DNA of 64,000 nt from Massalongia carnosa (Eukaryota), in the NCBI GenBank assembly GCA_965645245.1, contig OZ287071.1, positions 992,001 to 1,056,000 of the forward strand, read 5' to 3'. Positions 12,971-23,529 of the stretch are shown in pieces (positions within the stretch are counted from its first letter, which is position 1; every line of letters begins with the position of its first letter). The translations under genes were made by a program, and so were the position numbers. The notes beneath the pieces are model-generated. The model had not been told where the DNA came from. It saw only the letters and a list, made by a program, of their open reading frames with translations, and ran no database searches.

Positions 12971-14365
12971 TCAAATCTTGATGAATGTGTCTTCCACCTC
13001 TTGCATTGGGCATAGGAGCTCGTTTTGGAAATCCCCTCCGAAAAGGACAAACTTGGGTCCATAATCTTTTCCTATCGCTTCCGCAATGGCTGGCGCCTGT
13101 TGCCCTCCTAACATGACCACATTATCCGGATAGAGCTTTCCAAGCAAAGCCAAGCCGATGACAGGGTTCGCGGCAGGAATCAGAAAGATGCCCGAATCCT
13201 GAGATGTCACCAGGCCTGGGAGGGTAAGGATGTCAATCGGGTTGCAAAGGCTTGCTGGCGTAGAAAACCCCGGGTTTGATGGTGTCTTGAGAACGGCCCG
13301 GCTCTCTGCCATCTGGTAAGCGTACCTCCGCCCACGGGCTATCTGGCCTATATCTACGGAAACGCGAACCCCATCGTCAAGATTGATTTGAAGCTTGAGA
13401 AAACATCGAAGTGGTCCTTTATCGTTTGATTTTTCCACGGCAAGCGAGCACTCTTTTATCTCGGATTTGACAACGGAGGAAAGAGCAGGTGACCATCTAT
13501 TGGGTGGGATAATGTCTATTGGATCACGAATCTCGGCCCGAGGTGCGGATGGGTAATTCGTATATTCATAATCAAAGAGAATCTCAGTACCAGAATCCGC
13601 CACCGACTCGTCCAGATAAGCAGCATGGAAGCGAAGAAGGTGAAGAGAATTGCTGCCAGAAAGAAAAGCAGGTAGGAGCAGTCCGTGGGAGTACTGCAAG
13701 CCGTACCCCCCAGAAGGCAAGTTAGGCGCTGTAAAGACTTTGGCAATGTCGACGAGCGCAACTTGGGACACAGTTCGTGTGAGACACTGGACGAGGAATT
13801 TCGATCGCGGCTCCTCAAAGTCTCTGAGTCCGGGCCCTGTCCTGCTCTGAACGTATAGCTGAACATCGACAAAATTCTGAAACGGAAGAAGTGAGTCCCG
13901 TAATAATACCATTTGATGAAGCCACTCGTTGTAGAGCTGAATTAGTTGCCTGTTGCCTCGTGGTCCACGTAACAGATTGGCTACAGAATCCGTCCAGAGA
14001 TACCCCTCGCATGAACTTTGAATACGGATGTTGCTGTCCATACTTGGGTCAGATACATCTTCGATGTACTGAGTGAGGGTTTTACTGATTCTGAATGATT
14101 GTTTTGCCACCTCTCTCCGAGAAGCGTCGGTCGTGGAATGGGGGATTGGCATTGTCGACTCCCTCGAGGCGGTTGAGAGTAAACTTGCAAGCCCATCAAC
14201 TAAAATTCGCCGCGACGAGACAGTATTGCGTGGATCGACGCCGAGTCTTGCAATTACAGATTCCAGAAGAGGCGATACCAAAGCAACGATCTGACGCGGT
14301 GTATATACTCCTACCGCAAGCCTCCAGTCTTTGCAGGCCTCGAAAGGAGAGGAACGCCTGATCAT
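12971..14365 (-). CDS. Intronless hypothetical protein, about 464 aa from the first ATG (MIRRSSPF...)
   Basis: Long uninterrupted frame (open from 14611) with globular composition, e.g. QLYNEWLHQMVLLRDSLLPF, GGYGLQYSHGLLLPAFLSGS, LALLGKLYPDNVV. I recognise no named domain. Confidence 0.8.
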   Translation of the reverse strand: MIRRSSPFEACKDWRLAVGVYTPRQIVALVSPLLESVIARLGVDPRNTVSSRRILVDGLASLLSTASRESTMPIPHSTTDASRREVAKQSFRISKTLTQYIEDVSDPSMDSNIRIQSSCEGYLWTDSVANLLRGPRGNRQLIQLYNEWLHQMVLLRDSLLPFQNFVDVQLYVQSRTGPGLRDFEEPRSKFLVQCLTRTVSQVALVDIAKVFTAPNLPSGGYGLQYSHGLLLPAFLSGSNSLHLLRFHAAYLDESVADSGTEILFDYEYTNYPSAPRAEIRDPIDIIPPNRWSPALSSVVKSEIKECSLAVEKSNDKGPLRCFLKLQINLDDGVRVSVDIGQIARGRRYAYQMAESRAVLKTPSNPGFSTPASLCNPIDILTLPGLVTSQDSGIFLIPAANPVIGLALLGKLYPDNVVMLGGQQAPAIAEAIGKDYGPKFVLFGGDFQNELLCPMQEVEDTFIKI

Positions 14366-17300
14366 GTTGCAGAGCTGTTCTTCAACACCCGCCTTTATGT
14401 AGATGTTTGAAGATAGTATCTTGTCGTCTGATCGGCCAGGGGTTGGATGATGGCGAATTTCAGCTTCGCACCCCAAGCGGTTAGACCTATTCGGCGTCGC
14501 TAGAGGATCCTCATAGGGTTTAGCAGCACTCAATCCCAAAATTTCACGAGATGAATAGAGGAAGTGATGGTTAAATATCGTAGTTTCCTTCTTGATATGT
14601 ACTAAGAACAATGCTAGCCGCTATACATTCCGATTAGAGTTGTTGTCACAAGGGTCTTGAGATCACCAGGATGAATATCGCGCAGAGGGAAGCTGTTGTA
14701 AATTTCCATCTGAGGCGCGAAAAAGCATTTGCCGACCCTGAAAGTATCCCTGAGCCTTAGAGTGGGGTGAATCCCACCACTTTGCTCCGGTTGGCTGCAA
14801 AACCTTGATCAGACCATTCCACAACACCAGCGGAGTAGTTATTGTCCTGCAAGATATGCAACTCTCAGGACGGATTTGGTGGAGGAGGGATGAAGATAGA
14901 GGAACAGACGCAACCCTAGGATCGTAATCATCCAACCATACTTGTCTTGTTTTCCATACCATCACGGTAATAATCATGATGCAAGCAACTGATTCACAAA
15001 AAGATTTGCTACATACCTTCTCGAAGTTTTTCTTGTTTTGAGACAGAGGAGTTCTTGGCATATGCTCATCGAGGAGAGAATGGGAGCTCAGTGAACCAGT
15101 CAAGGACTGAAAGCGTCCAAATGGCCTCTAGTACACGTTGATATAGCAGAAGCTGGCTTCAAGGAAAGTCGGGCCCACTATCGGCAGCGATGAGCAGCAA
15201 CACTGAAAAAGCACTAGGATGAGGCCGAGCGTGGTATCCGGGAATGATGTCAAGGTCTCAATTCTAGACCGGAAGGTAATATGGAGTTCTTAGACATGTC
15301 CATAATGTACTCCGTACTCTGTAGCATATGAAGTGTTGTCCCTCCCGCCCAACAGTCGTCCCTAGCACACCGACGTAATGTACTCTGTAACCAAGTACCC
15401 AACGACTGCGCTATGAGATCTGACCATCCATCAGATGGCGTGGGGATCGTCTAGACTCTGCAGAGATTTCGAATGATTAGTTGATGATCGGTAATCTTGC
15501 AGATAGCGGATAGCGCGGAGATGAAAGGTTATCATCTGTTATGAATATCCAGGCGGACTGAATGAGCGCAAAGATGTGATCCGCCCCAGGATGTTCGTAA
15601 GTCTGGATGACCTAGGATTTGCGGAAGCCCATTCTTCATCCGGCGGCGAGTATCAAACCATGACCTCGAACCATTGGTAGCAGGCTGAACATGCTGAAGC
15701 AGGTTCTGTCGAGCACAGGGGTGCGCCATTACGCCAAAACGCCTCAGAGCGTCGACGGTAAAGAGCACTGACTCTCCAGCCACTCACTGCGCGCTGCCCG
15801 AGGTTGGGCAAATCAAGAAGCCTGTCAAAGGTTGAATCCACCGGAGCTAACTAGTGTAGCTCAAGGTTTTGTCGTCCAAGCTTGGCCCATGTCCACGACC
15901 AGTCTCCGCCAGTGTTCATTCATAGTCGTCTGTATATTCTGTACACAGTACTCTGTGACTACCTGCAGTCCTCCGTACATTTACAGAGTTACCAGCAGTC
16001 TGCATGATATTGCATTTTTCTCCTACTCTCCGAGTGAACAGTTCCAAAATCGGCCACACGAAGCCCTTCGGCATACAAGCGCAAATCTCTCATAGGAAGA
16101 AGAGCGCCAACGGAGGAGATAGAGAGCCACAAACCGATGAGCCTGGCTGCACAACGGGTTTCACAATGGTTCACATCGGCGTGAAAAGATATTTGAATGT
16201 TCCGGATAGGGCCTAGTGCTGGCTTTAGGCTAAGATAAGGTGGAGAAAGGCAGGTACTCTGGAGGTGAGGTACTAAAGAGGGGTTCGTGTGTACTTTCTG
16301 TGAGGTCCCTACATTACCACGTCTTACCTAGGTATGTACTCGGCATGTACTCCGCATTCTCTTCTCTGCACGCCTCGGAAGCTTCTTTGAATCTGCGATT
16401 CTCAGTAAGTGGGGGTACAGAGTAGTTAGGGTTTGGTGGCCGATGGGAGATTTACAGAGCACATGTACCAGGTACAGGGTGCGAGTAGTTAGGGACCCAG
16501 ATTATGTATGTACCCCGTACACAGTAACTTACAGCCGGATCGATATCAGCACTCTTTCCGAATACTTTTGCGATTTTCCTGTACCTACTGGTTACTGCCT
16601 CTCTCGATCGTAGGTCTATCCCGCGGCTATCTATTCTGCATACATACCTAGGTTGGCAAAATGCCTGGGGTCTGTCTCGCCTAGAAAACTGTAGAGTATT
16701 CGCTCTTCGGTCCGGACTGATAAACGAGTAGGATTAGAGTTCGGATTTCCGCATGGGGTCATGGCACTCAGAGACAGGCCATTGTTGGGCGGTTGAATGT
16801 GTGGGGATGGATTGGTGGAGTGGCTTGCTCGATGATCGAGACAAACCCGTTCTAAGGTACCTACCTACATATCTAGATTAGGGAATACTATGCAAGGTAC
16901 TCTGGACGTTGTGTTAAATGCACTGCCTAAAGCACAGAGCAAGAGGTATCTAACTACCTTGTACGGTTTAGAGTGCTCACTACCTACGCACCTGGTACGA
17001 ATGACCTCGTGTTCTCTCATCTAACATACCTATGGACTCGGGTACTCTCTTCTTTATAGAGTAGAGATATCTCGTTTCTTCTTCCGCAAGGAACTCTGTA
17101 CTCTCTAATCCTCACTGTATCACCCGCAGTATTGCGTGCTACCTACGCTATATAACTAGGCACCTACCTTGAGAGGGTTAAAAAACCAACCTTGAAGGGG
17201 TAAGGAACACCCTGTAGCCTATAAAGCGCCATCAGAATCCTCATCCACCAATCCCTCAAGCTCATGCACATATTCCCTCCATTTTTCCCCCTCCTCCGCT

Positions 17301-17586
17301 GCAACCCTTTGGTGTCGAACAGACCAACAGCCAATCACAGCGGGATTGCATTCTGCAGCTGCATCGTATGCACTCCTGCCAACCCTACAAAGTAGAAAGA
17401 AACTACGGACTTGAGGGCCTTGTGGGCTGCCAGGTACGTGGATGAATGCCGAAGACGCGAATGGAAAGAATGTCAGGACTCACCCTCGTTTGCGTGCCTG
17501 TCTCTGGGAAAGTCCGAACTCTTTGCCAACTAACTAGCGTGGGGCAGGACCCGACAGGGTCAAATGTAACTTTCCTTCCACGAACG

Positions 17587-19251
17587 ATGTCGAATGCTTT
17601 CGAAGGACCCCCCACGCTCTCCACTCCGGACGGAAACATTCTCGGTGCTCTTCCTTCTCCACTCCACAAGAGGCAGATTGATTTGCGCTCAGACGAACAA
17701 ATATCTATGGTATACGAGATTAAACGAACCGTTGCAGACATTGTAGACGGAAGATGGAACACGGTTGCCCTTCAATTTCCGGACGATATGCTTCCGGATG
17801 CCCCTAGAGTGTTCGAGCTCCTTAATAAAAGCCTTAGAGGAAGTAGTGGACACGCTAAATCGACCGCCGAAGACTTACTCGGCAATAGAACGGAAAAGGT
17901 GAAGATGTATATATTGGCAGACACGTCGTATGGATCATGTTGCGTTGATGAGCTTGCCGCGGAGCACGTCAACGCTGATGTTGTGGTGCACTATGGCAGA
18001 GCATGCCTGTCACCTACAGCACGATTACCCGTGATTCATATATTTACTACCCAACCTCTGGCGCTAGATCCCCTTCTTTGTTCGTTTCAAGATGCTTTTA
18101 CAAATGTGGACGAGAAAGTGATCTTAATGGCAGACGTGCCCTACACAAGTCATCTTCCTTCCATCAGTGAGAAGTTGAAGCTTTTAGGCTATTCTAATGT
18201 TTTTACAACCACAATTATACACGATCCATCGTCGCCTTTGCCAAACCGTACCATCCCAAATGAAGCATGCTCAGATGCTGCCAGGCTGAAGCACTGGCGT
18301 TTGTTTCACATCTCAGATCCTCCAGGCTCGCTTTTGCTCATCCTCTCTTCGCGTGTTTCAAGTATACATATTTTTCCTAGCGGGCATAATATATCTGGTT
18401 TACAAAACCAGTCTCTCATTGCATCAACCACGATTGCTTTACGTAGAAGATATGCTCTTTTGACGTCTGTAAACACAGTTTCCGTCTTTGGGATTCTAAT
18501 CAATACTCTTAGCGTCAAAAATTATCTCCATATTGTGGAGCATGTTAAGCGCAACATACAAGAAGCGGGAAAGAAGAGTTATACGTTTGTTGTTGGGAAG
18601 GTCAATGCGTCCAAGATAGCTAATTTCAGCGAAATCGGTGGTTGGGTTGTGATCGGCTGCTGGGAGAGCTCTTTGATTGACAGCAAAGATTTCTGGAAGC
18701 CTGTGCTGACTCCATTTGAGCTTAACCTGGCTTTGAAAAAGGACGGGGATAGAATATGGACCGGAGAATGGAGAAGCGACTTTCAGAGTATTCTTAATGA
18801 GCCATTAGCTGTGAGTCGTGGTTCTGAGAATGACCCTGATTTGTCTACTGATGGAAAATCTCTTGGCCTCGGGGATGGTTTTGGAATTGAGGGTTTTGCT
18901 ACGGAACTGGAGTCAGTACCTCCAGAGTTTGACCTGCGAACAGGCCGCTATGTTACAGATTCAAGACCATTACAACGCCCAACGCAGCTTTCTTCCAAAG
19001 CGGCTTCCTACAATGAGGAGCCGACTAGCAGATCGCTGGTTGTGCGGGTTAAGGGAGATTTAGCAGTAATTGGGGGAGAAGCCTCGCCAGGCGCTGAACA
19101 CCTTAGGGCTCAAAGAACTTGGAAAGGGCTGGGCAGCGACTTCGAGCCTAAATACGCCGAGTCGGAAACTCTACCCGGTGCCACTATCGAGGAAGGGAGC
19201 CGTGGTATTGCAAGAGGCTATGCAGGTCAGAACGGAGCATCCAAGCGATGA
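17587..19251 (+). CDS. DPH2: Diphthamide biosynthesis protein 2
   Basis: Motifs VALQFPDDML.DA, YILADTSYGSCCVDE.AAEH..ADVVVHYGRACLSPT, GKVN..K.ANFSEI..WV..GCWESSL, and RTWKGLG/IEEG.RGIARGY. Start placed at MSNAFEGPPTLSTPD. Confidence 0.95.
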   Translation: MSNAFEGPPTLSTPDGNILGALPSPLHKRQIDLRSDEQISMVYEIKRTVADIVDGRWNTVALQFPDDMLPDAPRVFELLNKSLRGSSGHAKSTAEDLLGNRTEKVKMYILADTSYGSCCVDELAAEHVNADVVVHYGRACLSPTARLPVIHIFTTQPLALDPLLCSFQDAFTNVDEKVILMADVPYTSHLPSISEKLKLLGYSNVFTTTIIHDPSSPLPNRTIPNEACSDAARLKHWRLFHISDPPGSLLLILSSRVSSIHIFPSGHNISGLQNQSLIASTTIALRRRYALLTSVNTVSVFGILINTLSVKNYLHIVEHVKRNIQEAGKKSYTFVVGKVNASKIANFSEIGGWVVIGCWESSLIDSKDFWKPVLTPFELNLALKKDGDRIWTGEWRSDFQSILNEPLAVSRGSENDPDLSTDGKSLGLGDGFGIEGFATELESVPPEFDLRTGRYVTDSRPLQRPTQLSSKAASYNEEPTSRSLVVRVKGDLAVIGGEASPGAEHLRAQRTWKGLGSDFEPKYAESETLPGATIEEGSRGIARGYAGQNGASKR

Positions 19252-19968
19252 CCACCTTATTCCCTATTCATTGTGCCAATAGAGACCCTTTGGCAGATTG
19301 TAGAGACGGTCCTTAACGCAAGGATGGTAAAGAACCTACAACATACATATTACTTACATTTATCAAATGCCTTACCACATACGCTCTTCGGCAATTATGA
19401 TCCTGCCAATCCCCTGATCCATGTTTATCAAACAATAAGTTCCTTCCTTGTAAGGCTCATGGTACATATCTTTAGGAAATACCTTACGGACTCCGTACTG
19501 TTCTCTTAGGGAGTAGATATATGACTCACCAGCACCAGGAAAGCACAGCTCTAATCTACATATGTACCTTTTGTCTGCCCTCATGTTGATCATGGCTTCG
19601 ACATCTGTAGATAGCAATATTCAACTCTTCTTATATTTGGCCCATACGGCCTTTATCTTAGAGTAAAATCTTTATTATTTTGGCGTCAAAACTTGACTAT
19701 CCAATGTTGATGCAATGTGCCGATAATCGATGATTTGAGATGTAACAGCTATGTACTTTAACTACTTGGACATGTGATTTTGAAAAGGTGTCGGGCCAGG
19801 AATCATCCACCATTTACGGATATTCGTATCACCCCGGACATCGCTGAATCGGCACTTAAGCCATTGCTACCGCAGCGCCGAAAATCAAACTAGATACGAC
19901 TCAAGACCAGTTGATTACTCGTGCTCCAAGGAATTAGCTGTCCAGGCAACAGGCATCAGTGGCCGCCG

Positions 19969-22503
19969 ATGGCCAGAGACCCTTCCCCGCCCTCGCAAAA
20001 CCTCTTTGGAACTAAGAGATGGTGCTCCACGAGAACGAGTTTGGACTCTTCCAATTCGCAACTGCGAACGTATCTGTCAACATTAGAGCGTATAATTGCT
20101 ACGCATCCTCCTATATTGGAGTCACTTCTTCTCCAATTGCCGACGCCATCGATCCTGCATCTCTATCACACATCCCGATTTCTCCGATCATTTCTACGGT
20201 CCTACCCGTTGGCATGGAATCATCTCTCCTTCCGTTTGTTCAGCTCCGGCCGCACCGAAACCCGGCAGGCATCTCCTGCAAGCGATGTATCGGGGGATGC
20301 TACGCCTCGTTGTTCCAAGCCCTATTCCTTGGATCAGCTACTGCTTACGGTCATAATTCCTTTCGGCACTCGCCTCCGATCCTTGGACCTAGATCATACC
20401 TCTGTGGGTGGTCTTTCATTGACGGGGACAGTTCTTCCTGCTCGCAGAGAAACCCTGCAGCACCTCTCGGTCCGTGGGTGCAAGCACGTCTCTCTGAAAT
20501 ATCACATCGTCCCCTACCTCACAGTCTTTAGCCTCCAGAAGTCGATTGGAGTACAAGATCCCTCGGTCCGGTCCGATCATTTGGCGTTAACAAGTCTTTA
20601 TACATTTCGATGTAGGCACCACCGCAGACGGCCATATCTTCCAGCATCTCTTCTCCGACGCGACTCTGATGCGGATCCCACCCACGAGCTTATCAAGCTT
20701 TGCTATCATTTAGGTATTTGGACAGATTCAGCTTGGTGCCCTACTCCTGGAGGGCGATGTTTAAGAAGGAAAGATTACTATACGGTCAGGGGGAGTTTGG
20801 ATGGCCGAGGAGAGGTGTGGGTAATATTTGATCGGCTGTGGCGGTCAGGGAACAGGCTTGGTCGATCAGAAAATATCCAGATACACCCTGCTTCTTTCAG
20901 GGCGCAATTGTGGGAGGCAGCCGAGAATGGACACGAAGGCGAACCTTTAGGATGCTCGATGTTACTTGGTCAAGGGGAAGGGAAGACGGTTCCTACGCAT
21001 ATGAGGCAAAGCCACAGAACGTTTGTTGAGAGCTTCACTTGCCATGATTGTGGAGATTCAATTCCAGAAAGGTGCGAGCAGTGCAGCGTCAGGATGCATT
21101 GTACGGGCTGCAGGAAGACACTATGTGCGAGTTGTGCGTTTGCCCGCCCACTGCCTCGTTCGAAGCTGAAGAGGTGTGATGAGGCTTCATCGAGCACCAC
21201 GACGCCTGAAAGAGAACCCCATGAGCTGTTTTGGTGGGCTCCAGGGGAAATAAGAAGCCCAAATTTGATGAAGCAAGAATCATCCAATGACGATAGTCTT
21301 GTGGGCAATGAACCAGATAGCTCCATCACTCCAGCTATCAAGATGAACTGGTGCTGCTTGAAGCCGATGTTTTCTGGTGGAGCTGGCATCACGTTTGTGG
21401 GTCCTGGTATGAGTGGACCAAGCGCAAGCCAAATCCGCACCGCTCCGCTTCCAAAAGGTCAAGGTTGGGAGGATCGCGAGTTTGTGCGAATACGTCACGA
21501 CGAAGATCTTCCCAAACCCTATTACGGCGCGCCTGATGCGCCTGATTATACTATTGGGGCAGGCCATGACCAGATACTCGACTGGCTACTGCATGGCCCA
21601 GGGAGTCAAGATAACAGCATGTGCCCACGGAGCCTTTGCCAAGAATGCTGGCAGACGCCGGGGTGGAGAGCCGCATGTCAAGCTTGCCATGAGCCATTCT
21701 GTTTCGCTCATGACCTCCGAGGTCTCAAGATGAGGATTTGCGGTTACCGGGATTTGACAATCGAGAAAAGGCTCATGGAGGAAAGATCTAGCAATGCCCT
21801 AAAAAGGTGTTCAAAATCAAGCGCCGATGCGGAGGATGAGCTGCTACAGTGCATCAGGGGTCTCGTAGCCTTGACAGATAGCCTTTCGCCCACCCCCGAA
21901 ACGACGCAGGACCTCGCAGCGTTGACGGATCTACCTGATACTAACGACGACGACTTATCAACCGGATCTGAGCCGACGGCTGAAAATGGTTTGCTGTACA
22001 ACAACCTTTTATTACAGTTACCATTTTCGTCAGCAGATGCGAAGGATCAATCATTTCCCGAAGATATATCTTCCTCCTTCGTACAAAAGTCTAAAAGTCA
22101 AAGCCCTCCACCTACGCCCTTACCTCTTTCCCGTTGGCGCGGCTGTGCCTCTTTCCTCTGTCCCGAATTCCGCTCCATCGGCGACCACCGACCTAAATGC
22201 ACCGCAATCGCTAAGGAATGCTCGATCTGTGGTATACACGTGTGCCCGGAGTGCCTGGTCGCGCAACCAGCCTGCGACTGCTCGGTCTGCAAGGACCACT
22301 ATCGCTGTCCCAATTGCTTCCGTGATCTACCAACAGGGAACTGTAAGAAGAAAGAAGAGGACCTGAGGAAGCTAGCTAAGGCCGCAAAGGCGGAGAAGAA
22401 GCGGGAAGAGAACAGGAGGCTGGAACGTGTCGCCGATGAGGTCGTAGAACATGCGGGGGAGTTTTTCATGCTTGTGGATGATATCATGGTTGAGGGGGGT
22501 TGA
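19969..22503 (+). CDS. Large intronless Cys-rich protein with an N-terminal F-box-like segment
   Basis: Long ORF of about 844 aa from the ATG. ILESLLLQLPTPSILHLYHTSRFLR resembles an F-box, followed by an LRR-like stretch (LRSLDLDHT, LQHLSVRGCKHVS) and many CxxC pairs. Confidence 0.8.
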   Translation: MARDPSPPSQNLFGTKRWCSTRTSLDSSNSQLRTYLSTLERIIATHPPILESLLLQLPTPSILHLYHTSRFLRSFLRSYPLAWNHLSFRLFSSGRTETRQASPASDVSGDATPRCSKPYSLDQLLLTVIIPFGTRLRSLDLDHTSVGGLSLTGTVLPARRETLQHLSVRGCKHVSLKYHIVPYLTVFSLQKSIGVQDPSVRSDHLALTSLYTFRCRHHRRRPYLPASLLRRDSDADPTHELIKLCYHLGIWTDSAWCPTPGGRCLRRKDYYTVRGSLDGRGEVWVIFDRLWRSGNRLGRSENIQIHPASFRAQLWEAAENGHEGEPLGCSMLLGQGEGKTVPTHMRQSHRTFVESFTCHDCGDSIPERCEQCSVRMHCTGCRKTLCASCAFARPLPRSKLKRCDEASSSTTTPEREPHELFWWAPGEIRSPNLMKQESSNDDSLVGNEPDSSITPAIKMNWCCLKPMFSGGAGITFVGPGMSGPSASQIRTAPLPKGQGWEDREFVRIRHDEDLPKPYYGAPDAPDYTIGAGHDQILDWLLHGPGSQDNSMCPRSLCQECWQTPGWRAACQACHEPFCFAHDLRGLKMRICGYRDLTIEKRLMEERSSNALKRCSKSSADAEDELLQCIRGLVALTDSLSPTPETTQDLAALTDLPDTNDDDLSTGSEPTAENGLLYNNLLLQLPFSSADAKDQSFPEDISSSFVQKSKSQSPPPTPLPLSRWRGCASFLCPEFRSIGDHRPKCTAIAKECSICGIHVCPECLVAQPACDCSVCKDHYRCPNCFRDLPTGNCKKKEEDLRKLAKAAKAEKKREENRRLERVADEVVEHAGEFFMLVDDIMVEGG

Positions 22504-23280
22504 TTGGTTGGATGAGAGTTTCGCTTTGGCTGTATGCAAATGCAACGTTGACGTGGGAGGAAATCGGTACATATATACGAAATTCCAGAAACGAATCTTA
22601 ATTACACCGCGATGGTGATGTGGCGTCTCACGACTCCGATTTCATAGAAGGTTGAGAGCGGTATTTTTCTTTCCTAGCGAGGAGTTTACGGTGGGGATTG
22701 TGGTGAAACCTAAAAGGGGCTGGGAGTGGAGAAAAGACTGTGTTTAGCCGGACATTTTCCCTTGCTTGATTTGAAGCTGAACGGATAAGATGGCTTTTCG
22801 ACATGCGTACGCATCTTTTTTACAACACCTTTGTGTTAATAAATGCAGTCTTGAACCCAAACCTAACCTCGCTCTTCCTTTTGATAATGAGAATGGAGGG
22901 ATGAAGGTTTAACAGGCAGTATATGCAACCACTACTTCTCAAAATGCGCGCTGATCCCCATTTGATGTCTTGTAGCTTGAGCTTTCCTGTAGACCTGGAA
23001 ACAGACCAAATGACTTTTCTTTCTCCAAAAAGGCTCTACAACCTCCTATTAAAATATCTTCAGACTTTTGCCACAAATGATCTTCCGCTACGATTTGTTT
23101 TTTTAGGTTTGAAAGGGCTGAGGATGATAAAGGGGATAGGGGTTAGAAGAGGGACTCGTACTCGTATTCGCTAAGCGCCGTTTGATTGGTTGGATCGATT
23201 CACCTTTTCGCTTGCGATGACGCGAGATCATCGTTAGCGTTATCGGGCTATTTATTTTGCATCATTGGTCCATCTGAATT

Positions 23281-23289
23281 GTAAACAAA
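23281..23289 (+). promoter_or_regulatory. Candidate forkhead site GTAAACAAA upstream of the PPC89-like gene
   Basis: Exact Fkh consensus about 240 bp before the ATG; an ACGCGA (MCB-like) word lies near 23220. Confidence 0.4.
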
Positions 23290-23529
23290 CATCTTGCAAA
23301 TCTTGTAGAGACCATTCACGACTCTTCATTCTACCAACGCTCCATACTCCATACTTCTCAACTCGTTGTGTTTATCAGAGTCTGTAGAGACTGTCTATAA
23401 CTCTTCATCCTGCTATCATCCAAGACTTCAACTCATTGATCTTGGTGAGAAGTGCACCAGACGCGTAACCTTGCACATACCGTTCAAACCTCAATTCTTT
23501 CTAAGTGGCCGTTGCCACATCCGTCCGAA

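Noticed and set aside
15851..15900. CTAGTGTAGCTCAAGG, resembling a tRNA 5' end and A-box
   Set aside because: No T-loop GTTCRA or acceptor-stem partner downstream.
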